Shown in pieces: positions 37,601-49,100 of a stretch of DNA of 64,000 nucleotides. Each line of letters begins with the position of its first letter. The first letter of the stretch is position 1. Source of the stretch: Lama guanicoe (lineage: Eukaryota); assembly GCA_013239625.1 (NCBI GenBank), contig MU053588.1:3748799-3812798 (forward strand). Direction: 5' to 3'. The translations under genes were made by a program, and so were the position numbers. The notes beneath the pieces were generated by a model. The model saw only the letters and a list, made by a program, of their open reading frames with translations, did not search any database and had not been told where the DNA came from.

Positions 37601-40241
37601 CAGCAATGCTGAGCCGTAAGGCAGCCTCAGGAGGCATTTACTGAATGGCTGCAAAATAGGAAATACTTCCAGCTCTGAGCTGGGGGCTGGGGGCTGGGGG
37701 CTGGGGCCCCACCCCTCTTTCTCCTCCCACCTCTGACTTCACACCACATCCCCTCCAGGGTCTTCACTGCTTACTGTGACTTCATGAAGTTGGCCTGGGA
37801 AAGACAATCAAGTCGTCACCCATGGCTACCAGGCCTTTCATGTCCACTGTGACTTCCAGAACCACAAGCCCTTTTGTGGCCACCATGCCTTCTCCACCTA
37901 CAAGAACCACGAAGCCTGGCATGTCTCAGGCATCCACTGGACCCTCAATGCCCACAGCGTCTCCCAAGCCTCCTGGGTCCTTGAAGACCACCAGATCAGC
38001 AATGCCCAGCAGCTCCTCAGTGTCCACCAAGCCATCGACAGCCCCCAACTCAGTCACGAGCCCAAGTAGTTCCAAATCTACCAAATGGGCAAATACAAAG
38101 GCAGCCCCTTCTAACCAGCCTAGCAGCAAGTCCCAAGTTCACAGCAGGGCACAAACACCTAGCAAAGCCAGCACCGACACCAGGGCCAGCACTGACACCA
38201 GGAGTAGCAAAGCCAGCAAGGCCAGTGGGGTAAGGGGGCCCCGGCACAGAGGCACGCGCAGCCGGGGCAGAACTCCAGGCCGGAGGGGAAGCCGCAGCTC
38301 CAAGAGGTCAGCCAACAGGACCAGCACTCCCAGCAGGATAAGAACTCATGGTGCCAGATCAGGTATGCCCAGCAGGGTGAGAACTCCTACTTCCCAGCAA
38401 AACCAGAGGGCAGGGAAGAGTTATAGCAGACCAAGAAGCAACAACCGGGAAAGGAGTGAGAGCCAGCCTAGAAATACGAGCAGAAAGAAGAGCAAAAGCC
38501 CACCAGGAGCCTCGGGTATGGGGAAGAGTTCCAGCCTGTCTGTAACCCCTAGCAGGGCAAAGAGTTATAGCCCCACTAGAACTCCCTTCAGGGAGGAAGG
38601 TTACAGCCAATCTCCATCATCATCGAGGAGGGTGAAGAGCCACGGTCAGATGATCACCCCCAGCAGGAAGTGGAGTTACAGTCCAACTGAAGTGTCCAGC
38701 AGGGTTGAGAGTTACAACCAGGATACTGCACCCAGCAGGCCCCAGAGTCACAGCCAGTCTAGCACCCCTAGCAGGCACCGAAGTCGCAGTCGGAAGAGCA
38801 CCCACAGCAGGGTGAGAAGCCACAGTTGTAAGAGGAATCATAGTAGGGCAAGAAGTCGTACCCGAAGGGGAACTCCCAGTCAGATGGGAAAACACAGCCA
38901 GTCCAGGATCTGCAGCAAAGGGAAAAGTTATAACCAATCTAGAACCCCTAGCAAGGAGAGAGGTCACAGACGGTCTAGAACTCCTAGCAAGGAGAGAAAC
39001 CACAGCCGATCTAGAACATCCAGCAAAGAGAGAAGTCACAGATGGTCTAGAACTCCCAGTAAGGAGAGAGATCACAGCCGATCTAGAACCTCCAGGAGAG
39101 ACCAGAGCCGATCTAGAACTCACAGCAAGGAGAGAAGTCACAGGTGGTCTAGAACTCCCAGCAAGGAGAGAGAACACAGCCGATTTAGAACCTCCAGCAA
39201 GAAGAGAGACCAGAGCCGATCTAGAACCCCCAGCAAGGAGAGAGATCACAGCCGATCTAGAACCTCCAGCAAGGAGAGAGATCACAGCCGATCTAGAACC
39301 CCCAGCAAGGAGAGAGATCACAGCCGATCCAGAACCTCCAGGAGAGACCAGAGCCGATCTAGAACTCACAGCAAGCAGAGAAGTCACAGATGGTCTAGAA
39401 CTCCTAGCAAGGAGAGAGACCAGAGCCGATCTAGAACTCACAGCAAGGAGAGAAGTCACAGGTGGTCTAGAACTCCCAGCAAGGAGAGAGAACACAGCCG
39501 ATTTAGAACCCCCAGCAAGGAGAGAGATCACAGCCGATCTAGAACCCCCAGCAAGGAGAGAGATCACAGCCGATCCAGAACCTCCAGCAAGGAAAGCTAT
39601 TACACCCAATCGAGAACCCCCAGAAAAGAGAGCGGTTATAGACGACCTCGAACCTCCAGCAAAGAAAGAGATCATAGCCAAACTAGAACCTCCAGCAAGG
39701 AAAGCTATTACAGCCGCTCTAGAACCCCCAGAAAAGAAAGACACCACAGCCAACCTAGAACCCCCAGCGAGGAAAGATATTACAGCCGATCTAGAACCCC
39801 CCGAAAACAGAGAGATCACAGACGAACTTGGACCCCCAGCAAAGAAAGGGATCACAGCCAAACTAGAACTTCCAGCAACGAGAGAGATTACAGCCAATCT
39901 AGAACTCCCAGAAAGAAGAAAGACCACAGCCAATCTAGAACTTCCAGCAAAGAAAGAGATCACAGCAAGGAGAGAAATCCCAGCCAATCTACAACCCCCA
40001 GAAGTCTCAGCAAGAAAGGATCTCATAGCAGGTCACTAAGTCCCAATCACAATAGAACACCTAGTGAGAAAAGGAGCCACTCCTCCTCAAGATTTCTCAG
40101 CGGAGCTCCAATCCCAAACCAGGATGATATTCAAGCCAACACCACCACCTCTAAGGCCATCTCACCTGGAGAGAGGTCCTCATCATCTTCTTCCAAGCTG
40201 GCATAGCCTCCAGTCTCAGCTGGCTCACGGGTCTCTGTCAT
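34638..40241 (-). CDS. ZNF428: Zinc finger protein 428 (192 aa; acidic stretches plus one C-terminal C2H2 finger)
   Basis: Exons 40166-40241 (MTETREPAETGGYASLEEDDEDLSP) and 34638-35140 (GPEHSSDSEY...YHCTECEDSFDNLGELHGHFMLHARGEV*), phase-1 GT-AG intron. AATAAA on the minus strand at 34484-34489 followed by a GT-rich element. Probable non-coding exon 1 donor at 42816/42817. Confidence 0.96.
35620..35922 (-). mobile_element. LINE-1 3' end, antisense
   Basis: ttcagattcttttccattatag...gaatatagttccctgtgctatacagtagg...tttggtaacc, an artiodactyl L1 3'UTR pattern. Confidence 0.8.
37822..40206 (+). CDS. SRRM5: Serine/arginine repetitive matrix protein 5 (single coding exon; 794 aa, or 773 aa from the Kozak ATG at 37885)
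   Basis: 2.4-kb Ser/Arg/Thr-rich ORF ending PGERSSSSSSKLA*, nested antisense in a ZNF428 intron as expected from synteny. gccaccATG at 37885. AATAAA at 40404-40409. Confidence 0.93.
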   Translation: MATRPFMSTVTSRTTSPFVATMPSPPTRTTKPGMSQASTGPSMPTASPKPPGSLKTTRSAMPSSSSVSTKPSTAPNSVTSPSSSKSTKWANTKAAPSNQPSSKSQVHSRAQTPSKASTDTRASTDTRSSKASKASGVRGPRHRGTRSRGRTPGRRGSRSSKRSANRTSTPSRIRTHGARSGMPSRVRTPTSQQNQRAGKSYSRPRSNNRERSESQPRNTSRKKSKSPPGASGMGKSSSLSVTPSRAKSYSPTRTPFREEGYSQSPSSSRRVKSHGQMITPSRKWSYSPTEVSSRVESYNQDTAPSRPQSHSQSSTPSRHRSRSRKSTHSRVRSHSCKRNHSRARSRTRRGTPSQMGKHSQSRICSKGKSYNQSRTPSKERGHRRSRTPSKERNHSRSRTSSKERSHRWSRTPSKERDHSRSRTSRRDQSRSRTHSKERSHRWSRTPSKEREHSRFRTSSKKRDQSRSRTPSKERDHSRSRTSSKERDHSRSRTPSKERDHSRSRTSRRDQSRSRTHSKQRSHRWSRTPSKERDQSRSRTHSKERSHRWSRTPSKEREHSRFRTPSKERDHSRSRTPSKERDHSRSRTSSKESYYTQSRTPRKESGYRRPRTSSKERDHSQTRTSSKESYYSRSRTPRKERHHSQPRTPSEERYYSRSRTPRKQRDHRRTWTPSKERDHSQTRTSSNERDYSQSRTPRKKKDHSQSRTSSKERDHSKERNPSQSTTPRSLSKKGSHSRSLSPNHNRTPSEKRSHSSSRFLSGAPIPNQDDIQANTTTSKAISPGERSSSSSSKLA
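38935..39966 (+). repeat. Coding minisatellite, ~29 units of 36 bp (RSRTPSKERDHS), two of them 30-bp variants
   Basis: Unit cgatctagaacccccagcaaggagagagatcacagc repeated. 27x36 + 2x30 = 1032 nt matches the span. Confidence 0.95.
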
Positions 40242-41839
40242 GGCCAGGGGAGGGGACAGGAGACAGAAGCAGAGCAGCAGCTGGGCAGTGTCCCTCCCTG
40301 GCCAGCTTTCCACAGCCACACCTTGGCCACAAGTCCTCTGATGCAGGATGTCGACAGGTAGAGAGGAATGCTGGACAGGGGAAGGAAAGGCCTGTGGTGA
40401 CACAATAAATTTTTACATAGCATCTGCCTCCCCAGGACTCAGGGTGCTCAGTGCTGTGAGCAAGGCAAAGATGACCCCAGCTCCACCCCTCACTGCCTAC
40501 AGGGTCTTGACTGTAGGCTCTGCCCCTCTGGGCAACAAAGCTGTCTGAGGTTTTCATTCAGTGGGGTGGGGAAAGGTAATATTCCAAATATTTAACAGTG
40601 GGTACTAACATGGGCACCAATCAGAACTGAGAGTGGAACATGTTCCTAGGCCAGGCATTAACCCTTTACTTGCTGGATTGTGGGAAAGTCTGGGGCTGGA
40701 GGAAGAGTCCAAAGTGGCATTTGGGGGTAGGATTACTTGGTGTAGCAGTGATATACCAACCAGCCTAGAAGTAGTTCAGCATTTAGTTCAACAACTAGTA
40801 TGGTTGAACTCATTTGTAAATGTTAGCCCTAATTCTGTATCAAGATGGTGTCTAGGTCTGAATCCTAAATCTGCCACATTCTACCTGTGTAGCTTCAGGC
40901 AAAATAACCTACCTTCTCTAGCCTGTTTCCTTCTTGGTACAAAAATGGCTTCCAGAGCTTAATTTATGTACTTGTAACCATGTTGAGACAGATTATTATA
41001 TCCTTTGTACAGATGAGGAAACTGAGGCACAAATAGGCTTTACAGATAGCCCAAGGTCATAACAACTGGTAGATGGGTGAACTAGGATTTGAAGCCTTGT
41101 CATCCTACCTCTCTTAAAATGAGCCATCAGCTGAAAAGATTTTTTTGAAGATTCAGTAGGCTCATTCATACAGATTTCTGGTATGTGGCAGGTCCTCCAT
41201 TAACAGTGGCTATTACTACTCCCACTCCCAACCCTTTATAAACTCTAGCTATTCCAGACTTTTCTCCTCTCTCTGTGCACACCAGGACTTTTCACATCTG
41301 TGGGTCTTTGCAAATCCTGCTACTGCTGTCAAGAATGTGCTTCTCCCCTCTTGTCTAACTGAAGAACTCTTACCTTCCAAAGCTGGCCTCAAACAGAAGA
41401 ACCTCTGTACGTCTCCCCTCCCAAACACCATCTCTGCCTCTTCCAAGAAGCCTTCTCTGACTCCTCTCCTTTCTCTCCCTCTTCATTAGTACCTCCCTAC
41501 ACACACACACATACACACACTGCACATACAGCTGCACCGCTTATATGCAAGGCCTGTGCTGGGCAGTGGATAATATGGTGGAAAACACATGATCCCTTCA
41601 AAGCATAGATAGAGGTCAAGTTTAATACTGTGGACTAAAAAGAAAAAGATTAGGATTCAAGCCGGAGGAGGCTTGGGCCTGAGAAAGCTGGCATCATGCT
41701 GGCAGGTGAGCTTTCTAAAGACCCCTGGATTGAGCTTTAAGGGCAGAGAGGATTCATACCTTGCAGAAGAAGAGTTCTCGTAATACCTTATTGCCTAGGG
41801 GACCTCATTTAATTTGGGAATTCTATTTTATGCCAAGAT

Positions 41840-42025
41840 AAGTTTGCCAGATTTAGTAAATAAAAATATACAATGCCCAGTTAAATTAGAATTTCAGATA
41901 AACAAATAGTTTATTAGAAATGTACATTCCTAATATCGTATGGAACATAGGTATATTAAAAATTATTTGTTGTTTATTTGAAATTCAAATTTAACTGGGT
42001 GTTCTTTGTTTTAACTGGCAATCAT
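41840..42025. mobile_element. MER53-like palindromic MITE (hAT)
   Basis: ttgccagatttag...cccagttaaatt.gaatttcagataaac and gtttatttgaaattcaaatttaactggg...ctggcaa form a long inverted repeat. Confidence 0.8.
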
Positions 42026-42599
42026 ATACCAGGGACAATCAGAACTTCCAATGAGATTACCAGGAGACATTGCTCACCAGTCCAGCCTACACCTCCCCAA
42101 GCCCGCATCACACAAAGCTCCTTCTAGAGCATTCCAGATGTCGGCTGGAGGCATTCCTTGGTGCCTAAGCCCCATTCACACAATGAGCATGGCGGCCTGA
42201 CTGGCTCCCACGATCTTAGAGGGGCATAAATGAGGGTCCCTCACTACCATAAAGTATACACAGTGCCCGAGACCCCACAATGTCCTAAGCCTATAGCAAC
42301 CAACTCACAAGATGCCATATGCGAACGTAACAGGCACTCGTTCCCACAATGCTAGGGCAAGGAGGCAAGAGCAAAACCTTATACAGGACTATAAGGACCA
42401 GTCTCCACAACGCCCTGCTGCAATTTCCCCCAGGATGCCTCGGGCCTGTAATGACCACCTTCCAAGGCGCTCTTCGTCGAAGCACTCCAGGCTTCCAGGA
42501 TGCTCAGCGGAAATTGTGTGACAAAAGGGACAGTTCCCCACAAGAAGCCGGGATAATCCCAGAATGCACCAGGCCCATAACGACTAGCAGACTCCCACA

Positions 42600-43380
42600 A
42601 CGCTTTAGGGTAGGGCATCCCGTTTTCCCAGGATGCCCCAGGGCGGCACGGAGCTGCGTGCGGGTAGAAAGGGGAGCCTAGGTTTCACCCTCCGGCCATC
42701 ACGGCCGAAGACCGCTGCCGGTTCCTCGGTGACCGGAGCCGTCACTCCCATCATGCAGCGGTGCCTTGGAGCCCGCGTCCCAGCATGCCCCGCGCATCTC
42801 CATCCCGGACACTCACCGGCGCTGGTGGCCCCCGCTCCGGCTCGGCAGCAGCGGCTGCACGCCCGGACTCTGCGCCTGCGCTGCAAGTGGGCTAGGAGGG
42901 AGTGCAAGGGGCGTGAAGAGCCTAGGGCGCTTGCGCGGCGAGATAGACCATTCCTCTAGCACAGTGGGAAGAGGGGCTCTCCAAGTCGGGCCATGGACGA
43001 GGCCCGCACAGGGGGTTCCTGGCTTTGCCCCTCGCTGTCCGGGTTTACTTGGTACAGTCCGCAGCTCGACGGAACTAGAAACTGCAAGGCTCGTGCGTGC
43101 GTGAGCGAGCTTGAACGCGCCTTACTGCAAACGGGATGCGCTGGGGGTGGGGGTGCCAGCTCGGTCTGGATTCTGGATTTGAAGTCTGCTCATTTGCATA
43201 ATCTTAGCGCGGGACAATGGGAGGCCTCCGGCGCTGGAAGGGCTGATTTGCATATTCCCCGGAGGGGCCATACTCCTGAGCGCAGTGATTAGCATATGAG
43301 GGGCGTGGGCCCCCCCCCAGCCAAAGCCTGACCTTGGCGCATGCGCACAGGGACTGCGGACTAGCGCGAATCGAGTATTC
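42600..43380. promoter_or_regulatory. CpG-island promoter of ZNF428 with NRF1 and octamer sites
   Basis: CpG-rich. GCGCATGCGC at 43337-43346, ATTTGCAT at 43192-43199 and 43246-43253, ATTAGCAT at 43288-43295. Confidence 0.75.
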
Positions 43381-46148
43381 TCAGTTTGGTTGGGATCAGC
43401 TTACATCTGGAGAAGGGGTACAAGGGGCAACACTCGTACCAGTCCTCACAACCTTCCCCCAACAACCAGGATAAACATTTATTGTTCTCTTGTGTGTCAG
43501 GCCCAGTGCTAGAGGGCGTTGTGTTTTCCGCAGTTAACATACCCGACCTCTATTCTCCTGCTCCCCCCTCTCCCAATCAAAGGAAGGAGATGCACACACA
43601 ATCAGAACCACAATTCAGAGTGGTCAGAGCTTGGGATGAGTAGTGCAGAGGAAGCTTTGGGAACCTGAGGAGGCACCTGCCCCAGCCTGGAAAGTCTTCC
43701 AGGAGGTGATGATTGTCTTTAAGCTAAGGATGAATAGAAGCCAACTGGAATGGGAGTTTTTCTGGCAGAGGGAACAGCAAGGGCAAAGGCCTAGAGGCAG
43801 AAAAAATATTGCCTGGTTTGAGGAAGTGAAAGCAGTTTAGTTCGTCTAGACTACAAAGAGAGGAGAAAGTCTCCTATCCGAAACGTTAAGAGCACAGACT
43901 TTATGCTGAAAGTATAGGAAAGCTATTACAGCATTCCAGGCTTCCTGGAAGCGATTCATTCCAGTTTAAAACTCTCCAGTGAGATCCCATTACACTTAGA
44001 AAAAAAATCCAAACCTTTTGTCATGGCCCAGGGGCTACACACACATGGTCTAACCCTGCTCATCTCTGACGTCACTCCCCCTCACCCCCTCCACACACTC
44101 CTCTTTATCCACTTCTGTCTAGCTCCACTTACCCTCAAACACCCCAATCTCTTTACCATCTCAGGCTTTTGCCCTTGCTGTCCTTTTGCCTGAACATGCT
44201 TTTCCCTCTGATCTTCGAATAGATGTTATGCTCATCATTCAAACCTTGGCACAGATACCAGTCTGACAGGCTTTCCCCAATCTTTCTAAGATAGCTCCTC
44301 CAGATTGGCTTTACAGAAGTGAATGGGTAGTGGATAAAACGGGACTGGCCATGAGCTGATGGTTGTTGAAGCTGGGGTGACAAGTGCATGGGACTTCATT
44401 GTCCTGTCTACTTCTGTACATTTGAAATTTTCCATAATAACAAGTTAAAAGAAAATAGCCCCCCACACCCCATTACTCTGTATTTTCTTAATAGTATTTA
44501 TGGCAATCTGAAATTAAGGTTTGTTTGTTTGTTTGTTGCTTCCTTGCTGTAATCTGCTTTCCTCATGAAAGCTTTGTGGAGGTAAGAATGGAGTCACCCT
44601 TTCTTTTTCACTTTGGGTCCTCAGTGCCTATAACAGGATCAAGTCTGAGGTTAATGCTAAACTGTCTGGAACACCTAACTTTGGCCTCCTTTATTCATCG
44701 TGGCATCTCCTGTCCTTTGAACAGCACCTGCTACAAAGTAAGATCAATATATTTTTGACTCTAAAATTACAATCATTCATCTAAAATTTAGATAAATGTT
44801 TGACGGGCCTGGAATGCCAGGCTAAAGTGCTTTGACTTGAACTAGAGGTGATGAGGAGCTAAGGAATAATTTTTGAGCAGGGCAGGGACAGGTTTTTAGT
44901 GGGTGAGATGTGAGTAATTGAAAGCTCCTCCGGAGACTGAGTCAGGGGTCGAGTAGGCCAGGGGAAGGGTCCAAGCCATTGTGTGGGGGTGGAGTACCTC
45001 AGTAGCTACTTAAGAGGAGACTTGGTGACTTCTGGCTAAAAAAGTGACCAGAAAAAAGCCCAGGTTTCTTGGAAGGACAGAGGTGCCCTTGGAGAAGTGA
45101 GGACCCTTTACTGGTCTATACTGCCCATCAGCAGTCATCACACTCCCCTCAGCCCTTAGTTTAGTACCCCTCCCTCTTGACATGGTGCAGCTCTGGGCAG
45201 AGGGACAGACACAAAGCCACCCCAAACACTTGTTCTCTCCTCAGTTTAATGGTGGTTAGTGGGATTGCCAAACCCCCTCCCCATCCCCCTCCCCTCCCCT
45301 TACAAAATGTGTTTTTTTTTTTTTAACAAGAAAAAGGGGGCAAAAGCCAGGATTGGGGGCAGGGGTCGCAATCTGATATTTTCATACAGATTTTTGATTT
45401 TTTTTAATATATTATATATAAAACCATAGAGACCAACACACCCTCCCCCCAAACTTCTTTCCCCCTCCCCGGGGGGCCTGGAGGAGAGATGGGGAAGGCC
45501 CCCCCAGGAGTGGGTGGACAGAGACAAATGGGTGGGACAGATTGGGGGGAGGAGGAAAGGGAGCCGAGGAACCTGGGGAAGGGAATTGGAGAAAAGAGTT
45601 GGGGCTGTCTCCCTCACCGCCCCCATCAAAGTTATGACACAAAGACACAGAATCCCTGTTTCCACGCCCTCCCCCCACCCTTAACCCCACCGTGCAAACA
45701 TGGCTTTGCAAAGAGGTGCCCAGAGCTCTGTGGAACTCCTACAATGGCTGGCATGGGGTCTGGGACCCCCAAAGAAATCTGTGTTCCCCTTCCCTGCCCA
45801 CCCCACCCTTCCCAGAATCTGATCCCTCCCCACGAGACCTGGTTCTGCAGCCTAGGGGCCTTAGCCTTCCCCCAGTTATCTTCCCCCAACCCAATCCCTA
45901 CCGCCCTGCCCTCCCTGGACTTGGGGGGTCTGGACCTTTGGCCCTTGCCCCCTGGGGGACCCAGACCTCTGGGCCCTTGCTTCTGGCCCTTGCTGAGACC
46001 CAGGCATCTGACACCCCCATCCCTGCCCAAACGTCTGAGGTGTTAGTGGTGGGGGGAGAAGCCCACCATCCCAGACTCTGGTAAATGTCTTTGCAGCTGG
46101 CAGTGGGGTGGACCCCAGCCCAGGCACAGGCCTGGGGTGGAGGTGGGG

Positions 46149-49100
46149 TCAGATGAAGAATTCTTCTTTCCTCTTGTGTCCATCGCTGCCATTGAGAAAG
46201 GCTTCTCTTGCTTCTCCCTGCTCATCCAGGCCACTGGCCTCATGGGTCAGATAGGAGCCTGAGGGATGAGAGGCCCCCAGGGCAAAGGCGACATATATGT
46301 GTGGATCCAGGAGTTGGACAAGGGAGACAGACAAGACATATCAGACAAAGGAAGAGAGAGAGATGGAACATACAAGGAGAGGGAATCAAGTCCGGGGAAT
46401 AGCAAAACAGGGACAGAGAGAGGTATAAGCAGAATTAGGAAGACTCCAAAAGTTCACGGAAAGCTCAACGCTTATCCGTTCTCCTGGTAGAATTCTCCTG
46501 CTCTGCTCCCTACTCATTCAGCAATTAGGAATTCAAACGCGTGGACTTAATTCAGCTTCAACCCTTCACCCCTTCTAGGGTCTTGGACCGAAAGACCCGC
46601 CCCTTTTGGAATTTGGGCCTCAAGTTCCGCTGGGTTTCAAATCCTGGTTCTAGGCTCCGCCCCCTCATCCCAGCTCTACGCCCGCCCTCTTTAGACTCGG
46701 GTACTAGGCCCTACCCCTTTCCGAATCCCACAACCAACCACACTCTTCGCTGAATTCGAGACCCCGCCCCTACTTACCCTTCTGCCGTACTGAGCACCAG
46801 ACCATGCCCACCAGCACACATATGATCAGAAACACCAGCAGCGCCAGGATGCCTCCTACAATGGCGTAGGGCACCGACGTCTGAGCCTCTACCACAGCAC
46901 CGGGGTCTGCCAGAAGGACAGGGCGCAGGACGAGATCATCAGAGGACGGTCTCAGCCCGGCCCCATTGCAGCCAATCTCGTACACCGTTCAGCACATCAC
47001 ATCCAACTGCGCCCCATTACGTGCCACGTCCCACAAATTACTGCCACCTGGTGGCTCCTTCTCATGGCTTCACTCCTTCTTATGCTCCACTTCCTCAAGG
47101 AATGCGTGTAGGTTTGTACACAGCCCGACCCGGCCCCCGAGTTATTTTAATATCTACCTGCCTCCTCCCCTCGCCACACCCCGCAGAGAACAGAAACAGG
47201 ACATCCCCTTTCTTTTGACCTCAGGTCCAAGCCCCTTCCCATCTTGTCTAAAACGCTCCAGGTATTTAAAATGCTGAGCTAGGGCCCAGCCATTCCAAAA
47301 TTCCTGCCCCACTGTCAAAAGAGCTAAACACTTAACACTTATTTTGTGCTAGTCGCCTCCAACCGCTTTATATATTTAGCTCATATCTTCACAAGAACCC
47401 TATGAGGTAAGTGCTGTTGTTTATTTCCACTTTACCGATGAGGAAACTAAAGCGCAAAGATACCCGCAATAGGATGCTGCAAAACTGAATCTGAACCCAG
47501 ACCGTCAGTCTGGCCCCAGAACTCTAAGAACTCTGTCGGCTGTTGCTTCTGCTCGTCGCCGGTTTGCAAAGCCTGGGTCTCAAACACTATCCAATCCATC
47601 CTGTCATTCCCAAGGCCCCGTCCCACCCAGGATAACTCGGGGACCACGGGAAGCCCCGCCCCTGCCCTGAGCCCTTCCCCCAGGCCGACAGCAGCCTGTG
47701 CTCACCGTAGACCACGAGCACATAGAGCGCCCTCGCGTGGCCGTGCTTGTTTGACGCCTCGCATGTATAGGTGCCATTATCTGCGGATACCAGGCCGGGC
47801 AGCGTAAGCGTCTCCCCGACTGCCTCGGCCCGCTCCGGCAAAGACTCATTACCGCGGTTCCAACGGATCTGGTTTGGCCTGGGTAGGGGTATAGTGAGAG
47901 TCAGAGGCGCAGGTGCCAGCACCCAACTCTGAAGTCTCAGGGATCTAGATATGCAGTATTTCCAAATAAGGTCCCTACTAGCCCTTTCCTTCCTAGAAAA
48001 TCAACAGTCCGGGCCCAGCTTCCACCCATTACCAGGGTCTCAGGAATCCTGGCCTCTCCCCAGCCCCTTCTACCCTCAGAATCCAGGAGTCTGGGCGCCC
48101 CGATCCCTCCTCTCTCAGGACTCAGAAGTGCGGGCCCCAGCCCCCTCTGTTCATCCAGTCCTCTCTTTCCCGAGACACAGGTGTCCAGGTCCCCAGTCCT
48201 ATTCTCCTCAAGACCCAGTAGTCTCTGGTCCCAGATCTCACCTGGGGTTCCCCGTAACAGCGCACGTCAGCACTAGCGTGTCTCCCTCTCTCACCACAGC
48301 TTGGGAGGCATGAATCCGGGCGGTGGGGGAGTCTGTGGGCAGAAGTGAGATGGGGGAGTGGTTGTCCGGGTCATCATGCGGGACTCGGAAGTTTCCCGAG
48401 GGCGGACAGCTGGTGTTGGGACCCTCGCTCTCCCAGGTCCCAGCTCGCCGGGCACTTACACTGCACGTCCAGCACATACTGCGTCTGCTTGCTGTGTCCC
48501 GCAGGCAGCGCCTGGTTCTGCGCCTCGCAGATAACGATACCGCCGTCGTCCTTGCGGTCCACACGAAACCGCACTGTGCTCGCCACGCTCCAGACCTTGC
48601 CACTTTCCTGGCCGCTAGTCACCCCTGCCAAGCCCCGCCCAGACACTGTCAGGCCAGGATTCTGCCTCCACGGGGAAGGAGCAAAGTGCCCCCCAGCCAA
48701 TCCCAAAGCAGGCTATTTCCCAGGCTTCGCCCCTTATCCACAACCTTAGACTCTAGTCCTCCAAACCACGTCCCTCCCCGAATGAAGCCCACAACCCCCA
48801 CGTGCCCCTTCCCAAAGCTCCTCTCTTTCACTCCACGCCCTCTCATCAATTTATTCAATAGCTATATATTGAGGGGCTAGTGTCTGCCAAACCTATGCAC
48901 TCGCCTCCAAGCCCCGCCCACAAATAAACGAGCCTTCCCTCCAGCCACACCTCCTTGAACCCCGCCTCCTCTCAAGTCCCGCCCTTCGCTGGCACCTCCC
49001 CACTCCGCCCCACACCTGGTAGTACCTTTCAGTTCCTTGCGGTCCCGGTACCAGCGCAGGACCGCAGCCGGGCGGGACCGTGGAACGAGGCAGCTGAGCT

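Noticed and set aside
38935..39966. CRISPR-like array
   Set aside because: Head-to-tail coding repeats without unique spacers, in mammalian DNA with no cas genes.
38620..40026. 468-aa antisense ORF (AGGSRSAVISLL repeats)
   Set aside because: Mirror of the SRRM5 36-bp repeat, which lacks stops in that frame. It lies in a ZNF428 intron with no independent coding evidence.
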